64,000 nucleotides of DNA, taken from Vitrella brassicaformis CCMP3155. Its lineage: Eukaryota > Protista > Chromerida. The stretch is from NCBI GenBank assembly GCA_001179505.1, contig CDMY01000291.1:62001-126000 (forward strand), read 5' to 3'. Shown here piece by piece: positions 36,343 through 49,388 of this stretch (positions are counted from its first letter, which is position 1; each line of letters begins with the position of its first letter). The position numbers were made by a program, and so were the translations under genes. The notes under the pieces are model-generated. The model saw only the letters and a program-made list of their open reading frames with translations. It ran no database searches and was not told the origin of the DNA.

Positions 36343-39069
36343 CTGGTGTGGTGGGTGGGGGTGGGAGGATTATTTAAGGGGGGCGGGGGTTGCTGTTGGT
36401 GTGAGTGGAGTGGGTGGGTGGGTGGGTGGGCGGCGTTGCATTTGGCATTTTCTTTGTGCCTTTTTTTACTACTTGTGATGGGTTGGATCATTGGGCTATG
36501 GCGTGGCGGTAATTCGTGTCCATCGGTTGTGAGAAGGGATGCGCACTGGCGGGGATGGAATGCTACAATGTTGCTGGCTTGCCTCATTCTGCGCGTCGCA
36601 GTTCCGAGTCTCTTTGCTTGCTGCTTGGTAACGCCCTTGACTGTTGCTGTCATCTGTAGCAGCCGAGAGCGTCATCACGCGGCCTTACAAGAGACTCGGA
36701 ACACCATGCGCATGGAGAGAAAGGCAGAGGCAAGGGAGCAGATCAGCATTCAGCACGCAGTTGCGTCTGTGTGGGTGGGTGTGAGTGCCGTCCCCTGTAC
36801 CATAAGGCGGGACGACGTGACGTGGGCGTCACCTCTTACTCGTCTCCCGTCATCTTATCTACATATCGCACGGGCACATGCGCACCCGCGACTCGCTCAC
36901 TATCCATAGTGCGCCACTCCCCTCTTTTTATTCTTCCTTTCTCCCGTGTTGACCACCTAGATGAAACAACATCCAGACAAGGCGTTACTTTTTTTCGCTT
37001 CTCGTCCGTCAAAGCGCAACTGATGGTGTGTAGTTTTTTTCTTGAGGAGTGTGTTTGCTAGTCGGGAGCAGAGCAGCCCGCCACCCTACCTACACCGGAC
37101 TCACCAGAGTGCCCGGATGTACAGTCTACATCACACGGTGTATCGCAGTCACTGCATTGCTCGGCGCTCTGGTCTGCTGCCGGTCGTGTCAGCACACGCA
37201 CACACACGTATATATACTCCACACACACATGACGGGAGAGGGAGGGTGTAAGGTCGCGTGCCGTGTGTCTTGTTTGTGTCGTTCCATTGTAGCATAGTGA
37301 TTGTCTGTCTGTCTGTCTGGTCGTCGTGCATACAAACTTGCGTCCATGGAAACACGGGTGAAGATGAGTGGATGGGGAGGGGGGGTCGGGCCGTTATGAT
37401 ATCCATGCCGTGTTGTGTTGTTGTGTGTATTTGTCCATGTCCATTCGCGTCGTCTGTATGATGAAGGACGCCTCTCGCAAGGGCGAGAGGCGTTGGCTCC
37501 CACGCACCCGTCCGGCACACGATGAGACAGGTCGCTAGGTGGGCAGTATGCATATTATACATCACGTGTGTCGGTACGGAGGCGCAGTTGTATGGTCGCT
37601 GTTCACACCGTTCACACATACACCCAGGCGGTCACTTTTCTTCTTCGGGCACATATCGATGGGCGTATCGTATATATGAGTATTCATATGAATGCGTGTT
37701 GCATGGAAGGTGGTCTCACTGAATGGTGATGATGAATGACATCATGGCATTGCATTGTACACTAGCTACGGTAACTGGGCGTGCGTACCTGTGTGTGTCT
37801 CACTGACTACACTGCCTGCCTTGCATACTGCCTGTTGAAGTGCGGGCGGCTGCTGCCTTGCTCCCAGCCAAGCCCAGCATGCCACTCTCCCTCCCTCCCC
37901 CATTCATGCGCTGCATACGTACATACGTACATGTTGGTGTCGTTTAGTCGATCATACATACATACGTATACACATGACACGCATACGTAACACACGCGCC
38001 CGCCACACCACATGCATGACACAACAACAACACACATCACATCGGACTCATTTTTACCCGCGGTGCCGTGTTGTGTGTGGTTTTGACGGACAGCGAGAGG
38101 ACGGGCGAACAGACACACAGGAACAGACAGACAGACAGACAGTGACAACCGTGGCTGTGGTTGCCATGCGGTCGGTCGCCATGCCTCCGCATTGATGAGT
38201 GATGGCGGCTCGTGGCTCTCGACATACGGCCTTCATGTTATGTGTGTGTGCGTGGTTCGTGTCTTTTTCGTGACCACCCCGACCCCTCCTCGTATCGCTT
38301 TGACGATGTCTGTCCGTGTTGTGCTGTGAGTGTGTGGGTGGGTTGATTTTGGTGGGCTGACTAGGTGGCTGGCTGGCTGGCTGGGCGGTTTGGCGGTCTT
38401 ATTCGCTGGAATGTATCTCAATCTCAATATGATGACTCCATCTACCTCCTTTTGTATTTTTGGTTGAACGTAGTCGTCAAACGACACCGGAAAAGACGAC
38501 AGAGGACACACAGCACCCTTCGTTTGTCTTCGTCTTGCTGCTGCGTGCCTCGTGGATCTCTATGTCGCTTATACCCGTCGATTCGAGCGCACTTCTTTTT
38601 AATTCACGCAGCTGCTGGACAGAGAGGGAAGGTGCTCTGGGTGTGGTGGTACTAGTTATGCCTCACCGCCTTGCCAGTCATTCTAGCTAGCGGACATACC
38701 CATCCGTTGTGCATGTGCTGTCTGTGACCGACTGACTGTTTGTCTGACTGACTTGCTCCGCTACTCCATGCATGATGTTTGCGTGCCTTTCCGTCTTGGT
38801 GTGTACTCGATTTATGAGTGTATCTCTCCCCTCTAACACTGTCAACCGAGCTGCACGCATCGTGGCCACTTTAGCGGCTGTCCCACGCCACCGGGAGTCC
38901 GGCGCAGAGGATCCCCGAGCTAACAGACCTGGAGTTACCGCCATCTCGTTGCCATCGTGCGAGGCCCACTTCCCTCCAAGCAGAGATGATAAAGTCCCAC
39001 CTGAGAACACCGTGTTTTCTTGTCCCCCGCCCGTGTGTTCAGGCTGGCCCTCGCTTAAGCGATTTGTCC

Positions 39070-40545
39070 CGATGTAATGGATGAGGACAGATATGAATAC
39101 ATGTGTGTACGTCCTCCATTACATCACTTGTGCATCCACAATCATCATGAGACTGCTGCTGTCACATTGTTCTCTCACGCGATGCCTCTCATCCTGGCCA
39201 GAATGCCTGACTGCTCCGCCTTTCTGTTGTTGCGCAGCGAAGCGGCCAGCTTCGAAACTGACACACACACAGCCATCACACGTCTCTCTGGCTAGCTTTG
39301 TTCGTGTTCGTCATCTCACCCTGTGTGTCCTGTTGGATGTGGTACTGCTCGGCCTGACTCGACAGCAACGACTCGATACCCATCAGCAACATGGCCTTGC
39401 GCGGGTCTGTCGGATACGGCCACCTGAACACCTCACAGTAACGATCTGCACACAGAGACAGGACACGAAGGAGCCGTGTCTCTTGTTGTTGATGTGCCTT
39501 ATGCATGTGTGTGGAGAGAGATGCCGACCTCCGATTCGCTGTGTGGATGTGCGTTCGAAGCCCAGCTCGTTGCGGAGCGCTTCGCGAGTGTTCTCCAACA
39601 GCTGAACACACACATGCAAACGCACAGGCGCATTCAGTACGGTAGGAAAGTGACAGGGCGGAGAGGCCTCACCGCTGTCTGACTGATTTGGAGAGGGAGA
39701 ATCTCATCTCGGATCGAGCAGAAACCCAAGTTGGGGTCGAAATACGAGCGCCTGTTTGGACAGACAAGACACATACATACCAACAGACAAGACACGTGGC
39801 CCACTCATTCACATGCTGTCTCTGTGTGTCTTTTCGCACCTGCCCCTTAGTTTCCTGCAGACCTCATCGAGGCCGCCCATGGGCTGGCCAGGAATCAGAA
39901 TGGGCCTCTCCCGTCTGCTGAACAGTTCCATGTCTCTGTCATCGACGCCCTCGCCTCGGGATTTGGTCCTCCCGCGCATCATGTCACGGTATGTGAAGTG
40001 AGAGTACTTGTCGCACCTGCAGCCATGGATGTCACACATACGAAGACCAGATCCAGCCATCCGTCAAACCATGCATGCGCAGCGGCGCTTTGCACACACA
40101 CCTGCCGTCTTGTGTGGAGTAGAACCATCGGTTGCTGTACTGTCCACCAGAGCAGATGGCGTCGCGGATGAGGTTGTCCTGACACGCACACACAAAGAGA
40201 TCCGTGCGTCTCGTCCCTCTCCTTCACTCATGTTGTCCACCTCCACATCGCCGCCAGTCATCCTGACAAAGACGTTCTGGTAGTGTCGCTTGGCGTGGCT
40301 GCTGTCGCGCTGGATGAGCAGCGATCCCGCGCCACTGTTGTTGACGTCCACAGAGAAGGGATGAGACGCGTCCTCAATCAGCCGCTCGTCGTTCATTGTC
40401 TCCACCTCACTGCACAGAGACAAGATGGATGGATGGATGGATGGATGGATGGATGGGTGGGTGTCTCTCTGTCCCTCTGTGCGTGTCCGTCATGTTGTGC
40501 ACCTCTGGCTGGAGACGGGCAGCACGATGAGCAAGGAACCCCCAC
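39070..40545. repeat. Right arm of ~1.5 kb inverted duplication (partner ~32783-34250)
   Basis: Reverse-complement match to the left arm, including introns and 3' flank. Confidence 0.9.
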
Positions 40546-40564
40546 ATTCAGTACGGAACCGCAT
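39175..40564 (-). CDS. Paralogous copy of the 32770-34154 gene with a shortened leader
   Basis: Same exon series (NDERLIEDASHPFSVDVNN..., CDKYSHFTYRDMMRGR..., DRYCEVFRWPYPTDP...) ending ILARMRGIA*; leader MRFRTECGGSLLIVLPVSSQ. Confidence 0.65.
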
Positions 40565-42409
40565 GAATCCCTCCCAACCACATCGACAAGAGGGAGGGAG
40601 AAAGAGAGAGGATCGTAGTGTACGTGTGCCGGTGGGAACACACGGGGAGACGCAATCACTCACAGAGATATACGCGAGAACAGGTTCGGTACGGACATCC
40701 GTGCAATCAGTCCACATACGAATGAACCATGCATGGCAGAGTGTCTGACAACACGGCGTGTGGAAGGCATAAATGACCATACGCAAATCGGCCGATGCAC
40801 ACGCATCGCGCTAGAACGCAGCAGATGTGCTATCGACATGCACAGGTAGACTATCGACAGATTTCCCGTCACTCGCAGTCACGACACCAACACAGAGAGA
40901 GGCCAACAAACACATCTCACATGCACCACACAAATCTCTGGGCCGCCGTTTGTTCTCTTGTGTCTCGCGTCCTTGCTGCGACTGTCGTCCCTTCGGCGGC
41001 TGGTGGCCCAACGTTGACAGGCGCTCAATGGTCCTCTTGAGTCTCTCGTGGAAGTGGTTGGTCAGCCTAATCGTTGGTCCAAGCGGGCGGGTGTCCTCAT
41101 TCTGTCTTGAGTGCTGGCTTCTGTCACGTCTGTCTTGCTGTCCCCACGGTCAGGACGATACCAGCAGTCCGAGGAAAAGTGGCCGCTGTCGCGATTGTGG
41201 CAGTGCTTGCAGTAATGGCGAGTATGATCCTCCGTACAGCCACGAACACGACACTGGCGGCGACCCTGTGCAACAGAAGGGCACAGGGGGAAAGAAAGGA
41301 GAGGTCACTCGTGTGTTTGGCTGTACGTGCGGCGAGGCTTACTCGGCGAGAGGCAGAGCCGGTGTTGTTTCTGGGAGCCACGGGAGCGAAAGGCATGGTG
41401 ACACTCACGGACACAGGAGAAAAGCGGAATGTTCAGGAAAGGAAAGAACGGAAGGAAGAAAAGCGAACGGAAGTTGACTGGGCCCAACGGCCAACGGCGC
41501 AAATCGGTTTCACGATCATTCGCAACCCGTCTACCTGATTCACAATGAGTGAGGGGATGACGAGATCTTGACAGATCTTTGCCGTCGGATGTCGCGAGAA
41601 GGTGAGAGCGAGAGAGCGCGTCTTCTTACACGCCATCCGACCAACACGCACACCTCTCACCCTCTGTGTGTGTGTGTGTGTGTGTGTTCAGGCGTGAGGT
41701 CTACGAGGACCTGCTCGTTCTGGCGACAGGTTCGTATTCAAACGGAACGTAGCTGGTTCTGGCAAGTTGGTCGATTCTTTGTTTGCTTGTCTGCAGGGGC
41801 ATTGTAGGAACGGCGAAAGTTGCGATTGGCCTCACGCAGGAATCCCCCAACTCTGTCAGAGGGGGAGCACTTGCAATTTACGTGAGGAAGAGGACTGGTG
41901 ACCACCTTCATGTTAAGTTTTCACGGTTGCTTGTGTTCTCCAGGGTCCTGGTATGGGTGGACCTGTCCATACGCACACTCTCAAGAGGAAGTGGAGCTCT
42001 TCAGTCGGTCCCGGAATGACCCACGACAAGCACAAGCGCCACTGCCGCATGCTCACTCCGCACCACCACCTCCTCGGGCACCTCCTCAACCACAACAAAA
42101 CGATGAAGGCTATGGTACGAGTTTTCCTGATGCAGAAAAGGCGGGAATGAATCTAGCGGCAGCGGAGGGCAGCGGTGCGACGGAAGAAACCAATACAAGG
42201 TAGGAACAAGCAGAGAAACAAAGCGATGTGTCATCATCAGCCGTTATTTCTCTTCATTAGTTGTCCTTAGCGTTCTCGTTGAGAGACCTTCTTCATCGTC
42301 TTCAGCCCAGCAGCCTGACCCTGCCCCCTCCTCTTTTCCTTGCGAGGACACTCCCTCGGGGACGGACAACGGACACACGATCGGGGCTCCCCGCTCAAAT
42401 TCCAGCCCG

Positions 42410-45009
42410 ATGCCGCCTCTCCCTGCTGCATCCCGGGATGACCAGGAGGCGCGTGGTCATGATACAGATGCCACCTCTTCCGTTGAGGGACTTTCTTCGC
42501 CGAACTCTTCTTCGGCACAGCACCCTGCCCCTCTTCCTTCCTCTCCCTCTTCCCTTCGCAGGCTCCCCTCTTCAACGGCTACCGAGATTTACGTTGGGCC
42601 TGAGAGCAAAGCAGCTCCATCGGTGTCCCACCTGCCACAACCTCCTTGCGCTGAATGCACTGAGGACGAGGAATCGCGTGGACATGGTCCCAATGGAACA
42701 GACGTGAGTGCAGCTGACGAAGTGGAACACCACCCAGCGAGGTATGCAGAACCTAAGATACCCAGACTCCTGTGTGTGTTTTGTCTGTGCAGTTGGTGGA
42801 AAGGGCGGCCCGGCGTGAGGCAATTCTGCGGCGGCCGGTCTTCACAGGGCCTGACGCCCCGGGCACGCCACAGAGTGAGAGGGATGAGGAGGCCGGGCTG
42901 TGGGTCCCGGACCCAAGGGAGATGGGCGCGGTCGGCCGGCTTCTGCAGCTGGCCGACCGCATGGATCTCATCTACAATCCCCGGCGCTCCACCATGGGGA
43001 CGGGGCCCATGTTTGTGGAGGAAATCCCTATTAGACGTAAGACAAAGGCAACAGAATGACTTGCAAATGACCTGCCTACCATCCTTTTCACTGCATCTTT
43101 TGTGTGTCTCGTTCTGCAGACATAGAGTGGGACGACCGGCTAGAGCTGGGGGCGGGAGCATTTGGCGTGGTAAGTGGATTGGCTGAGTCATCTGTGACGT
43201 GCGATGGTCTGCATTTGTCATTTTGCCGCTGTCAGGTGGAGAGCGGCACGCTGCGGAGGACACAGCGGGTGGCAATGAAATCGGTGTTTCTCTCAAGGCT
43301 GAGAGGTGATGGGAGGACTCATCATCATTGTGCGTGTCTCTCTTGTCTGCCTGCCTGCCTGCCTACCTGCAGACCCCCCTGAAGAGCCGGAAATTGAGGA
43401 GATAGACAACTTTCAGAGAGAAGTAGAAACATACAGGTATCCACCAATGCAATCTCTCTCTACAGCAGCGACACATAAACTGTCTCTTTGGTTATTGTGA
43501 CAGCTACATGGACCACATCAACGTTTTGAAGATCATAGGAGTAGTTCGGCACCAGGGGATGTGACTTTGCACGCCCCCCGCACGTGCATTGTGGTGGATT
43601 TCATTGACGGCCGTAAGGGAAATAATGCATGCGATACACACGTTGACGTTGATGACATGCATGGCGTGTCTCTCTATGTGCTCTCTGACAGACACGCTCA
43701 GCACCCGCCTCAGACCGCCCCCTCCCCCGCCACCACCAACGCCTTACATCCCATCCCATCCCCTGCCCCCTGCCCCCGCCACCCCCGACGCGCCAACAAC
43801 GGCTCAGTTGGGCCCAGCAGATGGTATGGGAATTATTTTGTCTTCGTTCTTGTCGGATTGAGTGTGTGTCTCTTGATCTTTGTTTGATGTCTGCAGGCGC
43901 GGGGCATCCACTACATCCATCAACGGGGATTTGTGCATCGTGACATCAAGCCTGACGTGAGCTATCACGCCATTCAATACGCACACGCGTTCGTGGAAAC
44001 CGTCGTGGCTCGTGTCCTGACTGTGCGTCGCTCAGAATGCACTGATTCGGAAGGCGGACGGGCTGCTCAAGATAGCCGACTTCGGGATGGCAGAGCGGAT
44101 TCAGGTATGTCAGGAATGAGAACCAGATACAACGTACACACAAACGTACACCACAGCAGAGGACAGAAGCGAATCCCGTGTCTCTGCGTTCGTTGCCTTT
44201 GTTGGCGTGGTGTGTGTGTGTGTGTGTGTAGAATGGGAGGGTGTATCCCCCGGACCCAAGGGGCGGCACCCTCAACTACATGGCACCGGAGATTTAGCAG
44301 CGGCGAATCCTCACCCCAAAAGTGGACATTTGGGCATTTGGTGAGCCCAGCGCTATTCACCTTGAAGATGGTCTATGAACGAGGCCGCTTGGGTGCGCTT
44401 TTCTCGCTGCGTGCAGGCTGCTGTCTTATTGAGATATCCGGGGGGGGCATTCCTTGGCGGGAGTTTCTGAATTGCGAGGGCTGGGATAGGCATGGCGTCA
44501 TCAATGCCGTAACCCTGCAGCGGCGCCACCCTCGGGTGCCCGCCGGGTGGCCACAGGTCGTCCGAGACATTGTGCCTAGCGTAAGTATACCATACGACAC
44601 ACGAACACAGACGAATACCGTCACTTGCAAACAGTGGCGGATACTCTGGTCGGTGCGTGTACTTGTCTGGCTGCAGTGCCTAGAGTATCGGCCGCATGAT
44701 CGCCCCCCAGCGCCGGAGAGGTTCTGCATCGTGTGGAGCACCTGACGCTTGCCGCAATCACTTCCACCCCCAGTGCCTCAAGCGGCTCTTGCCTGGATAC
44801 CTGCACCCCCTGAATGGCCCCTCGCCCGTCACAACTTCCCTCCCTACACGGTCGACCTTGACACCGACGACGATGCGCTGCCCACCTGCGAGGAGTCGCC
44901 GCTCATCTACAAGAAAGGCGACGTGGTGCTCATGCTGCCGATCGCGGTGGCCGAGGATGTACCGGAGGAGCCTCGGCGACCGCCGAAGCAGCGTGTCGAT
45001 CAACGTTGA
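42410..45009 (+). pseudogene. TKL-type protein kinase, intron-containing pseudogene; upstream exons probably extend to ~41100
   Basis: LGAGAFGV, VAMK, HRDIKPD, LKIADFG, GTLNYMAPE, VDIWAF; in-frame TAG at 44295-44297, a frameshift at ~43556 followed by TGA, and a further frame switch in the poly-C tract near 43720-43790. Confidence 0.8.
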
Positions 45010-46217
45010 CCTCTACTTTTCGACTGCCGCTAGCATGGTGGGCCTGAAGACGGCCGAAGGGGTAAGGCATTGTGTGGCGCCTGTGAGCGATGCCGCCGCC
45101 GATCCGTCGAGCGTCGTTGGCGTGTTCGCCCGGGCGGCCGACATGAGCCAACGGTCTGATGTGCTGTGGAAGGTGAGAAAAGCGGGGGAGATGGACAGAC
45201 AGACAGACAGACGGACAGACGGACGGACGGACGGACGAACAGAGTGACGGATGGATGGGTCTCTGGGTGGTGTGTGGTGCAGGTATAAGGACACCGCTGC
45301 CTACATTTTATATCTCATGGGGACTGTACTCATTGCACCGCACACCCCAAGGAGACGTAGGCGAACCAATGAGCAGCACGGGCAAGGAAAACGTGTAGGA
45401 CAGACATGTGCAAACAGAGTGAGACGAGAAAGGCGACGCAGACAACGAGCAGCAGCCAAGATGAGACGCAGAGACAGCGTACCTGCACGCCATGGACGAC
45501 GAGCATCGGCCCTGCCCACCTGCGACAAATAAGTCAATCGCCTGACCGAATGGTGGAGGTACACTGTAGACATCGGCCTAAGGCATTCCGGCACGAGCAT
45601 GTATTCATATTCATATGGTGCTTAAGTGAGCTGATTGATATCACGTTGAAGCAACATACGCAATGACAGTTTTTTTTTCACGCACAGGGTCCAGATCGTA
45701 TACGTGGGATTGGAAGTGAGCTGACCTTTACATGCAGCAGCTCCAAGCCGACGGTACAGCCAATGACGGAGACACAAATGGATTCATGGCAGCTGGCGCA
45801 TTCACTGACTCGCGTGGCCAGACAGTGCCAGATAAGAGACGGTGGAACGGTAGATACACACTTATACCATCGAGGAGCTTCCCTCCCACGCAGTCAGATG
45901 ACATACACACTCACACACACTCCAGGTATCTGAAACATGCCTCTCGGGCACAGAAAGCTCTCTCTTCCGCACCCACCACAACATTTACATACACACACGC
46001 ACACACACATACAAACATACAGACATACACCCAGGCACCCCAAAGGCAGGCACCCTAGTAGACTTGCAGGCTGCATGCGTCCCGAAGGATCTCTATCCCA
46101 CATTTCCAAGCCTCCCTACCCATCACGCCTCCGCGCGCCTCACCAAGGCTCAGCCCCATACACGTGCATCTCTCTACCGCAGCTCTCTGTCACACGAAGG
46201 AACAGCCAGAAGTCAAG

Positions 46218-47044
46218 TCAGCTGTCTGGCTGTGTGAGATTATTCTCCTCCTTGTAGATCCTGGCTGCCTCGGCGGGCGCCATGTTGGGCTTCACAATGT
46301 CAGCACCCATCAGACCAGACGACTGGAACACCTGCACAACAAGCAACCAACCAGCAAGCACCGCACTGCAGTGACAGGCAATTGGGTCAACGCACCCTCT
46401 CCCTCCCTCCCTCCCTCCCTCCCTGTCTGTCTTGTTCTGCTCACCACGACAAACTCCTTGTGCGGGTCGTAGCTGTCCAGCCGCCTCCTAACTTGAGCCA
46501 AATGGCTCTCCTCCTCCCGGCTGCCGGCCTTCTTCGAGAACTTCTCAGCCGGCGCGTACATGGTCGGCGCCACATCCATCTTGGTGGCCTTTGTCGCTGT
46601 GGCCGCTCCGTCCCCTCCCTCTCCCTCTCCCTCCTGCTTGAGCTCATGATAGACCATCACGGCGCCCCTGCCCATCTTCTCATAGCCCATCCACGCCTGT
46701 GCGCACCACGAGAAGCCGCTGGCCCTGACGTTTTCCTGATAGCTCTTCTCCCACAGCTGCTGTTGCTCCATTGGCGTCAGTTGAGAGCCGCCGTAGCTGA
46801 ACTGGAACCGAGGCCTCCGCTCTGTTTTCGGCCCAAAGCCCTCACCGGCGGCGCGCAATGATGATCCGTGGCGGCTGAAGCGCCTCCTTGGTGAGAGATC
46901 AGCGACTGGGATGAATGCCCCTGCGGAATGCCAGCCACAGGAGATCTCTCGGCGCCGTTCCGATGGAGATGAACTGAAGGCGTCAGCAAGGCATGCCGAG
47001 AGAAGCGCCAGCAGCAGCGCCATAACCGAGATGACCGCGTTCAT
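46218..47044 (-). CDS. Hypothetical protein with bipartite (signal plus transit-like) leader, probably plastid-targeted
   Basis: MNAVISVMALLLALLSACLADA|FSSSPSERRR... then S/R-rich leader; core AWMGYEKMGRGAVMV...LDSYDPHKEFVVV|FQ; one intron; TGA at 46218. Confidence 0.7.
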
Positions 47045-47328
47045 TTGGTCCTCACTTCTGAGCTCGCAGATTGCGAGCTGGGGGGTGCTCTCTGTGCATG
47101 TGGAGCGTGCGTGGGTGATTCCTGTTGCGTGTCGTCGTTTGACTGTGCGTGAAAGACATGGGACTTGGCCGCCTGGCCGCTTAGGACATTCTGTGAAATC
47201 GCTCCCCCCGCGAGCTGGGGGGTAGGGTGAGAGGGGAGGTGCCATCGCGAGGGAGGCACCGAGAAGCGAAGCGTACCGATACCCATCGAAGCCGACCCTC
47301 TGAAGAGGGGATCTTCACCTGAGCAAAC

Positions 47329-47716
47329 ATGGTGAGCCACCAACGCGCTAGGGAGGCAGATGGTGCCGTTCTGCAGCAGTGCCGCTGCCGCGCCACACAG
47401 AGAGAACGGGCCGATAGGGGAGTGGGAAGCACGCTGCAGCGAGGGCAGGCAGGCGTCTGGGCAGTCCGTGCGGTGATGTCTCTGTTGCGTATGTTGTGTG
47501 TGTTGCGTGTGCTGTGTGGTTCAGGCTGACGATGAGGTTCATGACTTTGAGGGTGGTGGTGGCGAGTCTGGCGCCTCCCACACCTTCCCCATGCAAGCCG
47601 GCAACTTGAAGAAGAACGGATTCGCCATGCTCAAGGACAAGCCCTGCAAGGTGGGTGAGGAGGGCGAGGGAGGGAGGGAAACCCCCACCCACCACACACG
47701 ATGAGCGTCGATTGTG

Positions 47717-47755
<39 letters not shown>

Positions 47756-48311
47756 ATGGAGATAACGACGAGCAAGACGGGGAAGCACGGTCACGCCAAG
47801 GCGCACATTGTGGGTCTGGACATCTTCACCGGCAAGAAGTACGAGGACCTGTGCCCCACCTCACACAACATGAGCGTCCCCGTCGTCAACCGAGCCGAGT
47901 TTCAGGTAGGTAGCTCATCACTGGCCGGGCCGCCCCGCCCACACACACTATCCTTACACCCAGCTCAGCTCAGCTCAGCCCATTGTACTCCTGTGTGGGT
48001 GTGCAGCTGATGGACGTGAACGAGGAGGGGTTTTGCACCCTCCTGCTTGAGTCCGGCGACACCAAGGAAGACCTCAAGCTACCCCAGGGCACCGATGAGG
48101 ACGGAAAACTCGCCGAGACGGTGCGCACACAACTCTTCACACACACCGACCAGGCCGACCACCGGGAACCACTCTCTGGGTGTGGTGGGCTTGTGTCTGG
48201 CTGCAGATCCGCGACAAGGTGAAGGAGGGCAAGGAGGTGTTAGTGACGGTGCTGTCGGCCGTGGGGCAGGAGAAGATCGTCGGCTACAAGGAGATGACGG
48301 GATCTGGATAG
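47329..48311 (+). CDS. eIF5A: Eukaryotic translation initiation factor 5A
   Basis: Hypusine motif [30 protein letters not shown]; ATG alone ends the first coding exon (47329-47331); TAG 48309-48311. Confidence 0.97.
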
Positions 48312-49388
48312 ACAGACAGCGCGACGGATGGCGGGTCGGGCCGGGCAGCGGCGCGGAGGCAGGCAGGCACATACATACTACGCATGACCACCGATCGATG
48401 TATGTATTGCTGCTAGGCCCTTCCTCTCTGCCTGCCTCGCTGGGTCCGGTCCGCCCGGCGCTGCCTGGCCTGGCTGTGTCGTCTGTCTGTGTCTGTCTGT
48501 CTGTCCGCCTACCTCTCCTGTCTGGCTATCAATCTCTTCTCCCTGCTTGCCTGTGGCCCCCCAGCTGGCTATATCTATCTTAGTCACCGTTGCCGATGCT
48601 TTCTTTTCTTCCCTCTCCTGCTTCCTGCGTCCTTTTCGTTTCGCCTCGCCTCGCCTCGCCTCGGACAGCCATCCTGTCAATGACACTTCCGTCGATCTGT
48701 GTGTGCATCATCCACCGAATTGCAATGGCGGCGAGGGCGGGAAGGGTCGAGTGCGTGGCTGGGTTACATTGGAGGGCGTGGCGGGGTGCGTGTGGATGTG
48801 ATGTATGGGCGTGGCGTGGCGTGGCGTGGTGTGTGTGGGGGTGGGGGTGTGTGTGTGAATGACACCGATCCGGTCGCGTGGTCCCTTCCTGCTTCCTTCC
48901 GTGTTGCTTTCTTCTTGCCCTTTTGGACCGTGTTCGTCGCAATGTAGGCGGCGGGGCGAGCAAGGGAATGAATCCATGAGGATCGATCGCATGCAATGAC
49001 ATGTGGATTGGATGCATCCAGGGGCCTTTCTGATGGATGGACCATTGAATCATTCAATGGAGGGCTGCCTGTGCTGTGTGTGGACCAAGCAGCGAGCAAG
49101 CACACTGGGATGCGGCCCGGCTGAATTCACTCACACACCGTATGAGGACATGTGCGTGTGGTGTTGGTGTGGATGTCTGGTGGACGGACGACGGATGCTA
49201 ACGCCTATACATAAGATAAGGGACTACGAATGGATGGATGGGCTCAATGTTTTCAATTTTGGGGCAGACAGAAGTCAGAGGCATCCTGTATGCACCATCT
49301 AAGACACATATTGTAGCCCACAACTCCACAAAGCGAGACACATCCAATGGACACACAGACCGACCGGTGCCTGGTCAGCATTGTCTCC

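Noticed and set aside
36400-39050. Possible exons in the spacer of the inverted duplication (for example 38687-39010 minus)
   Set aside because: Isolated frames with stops nearby and no recognisable domain
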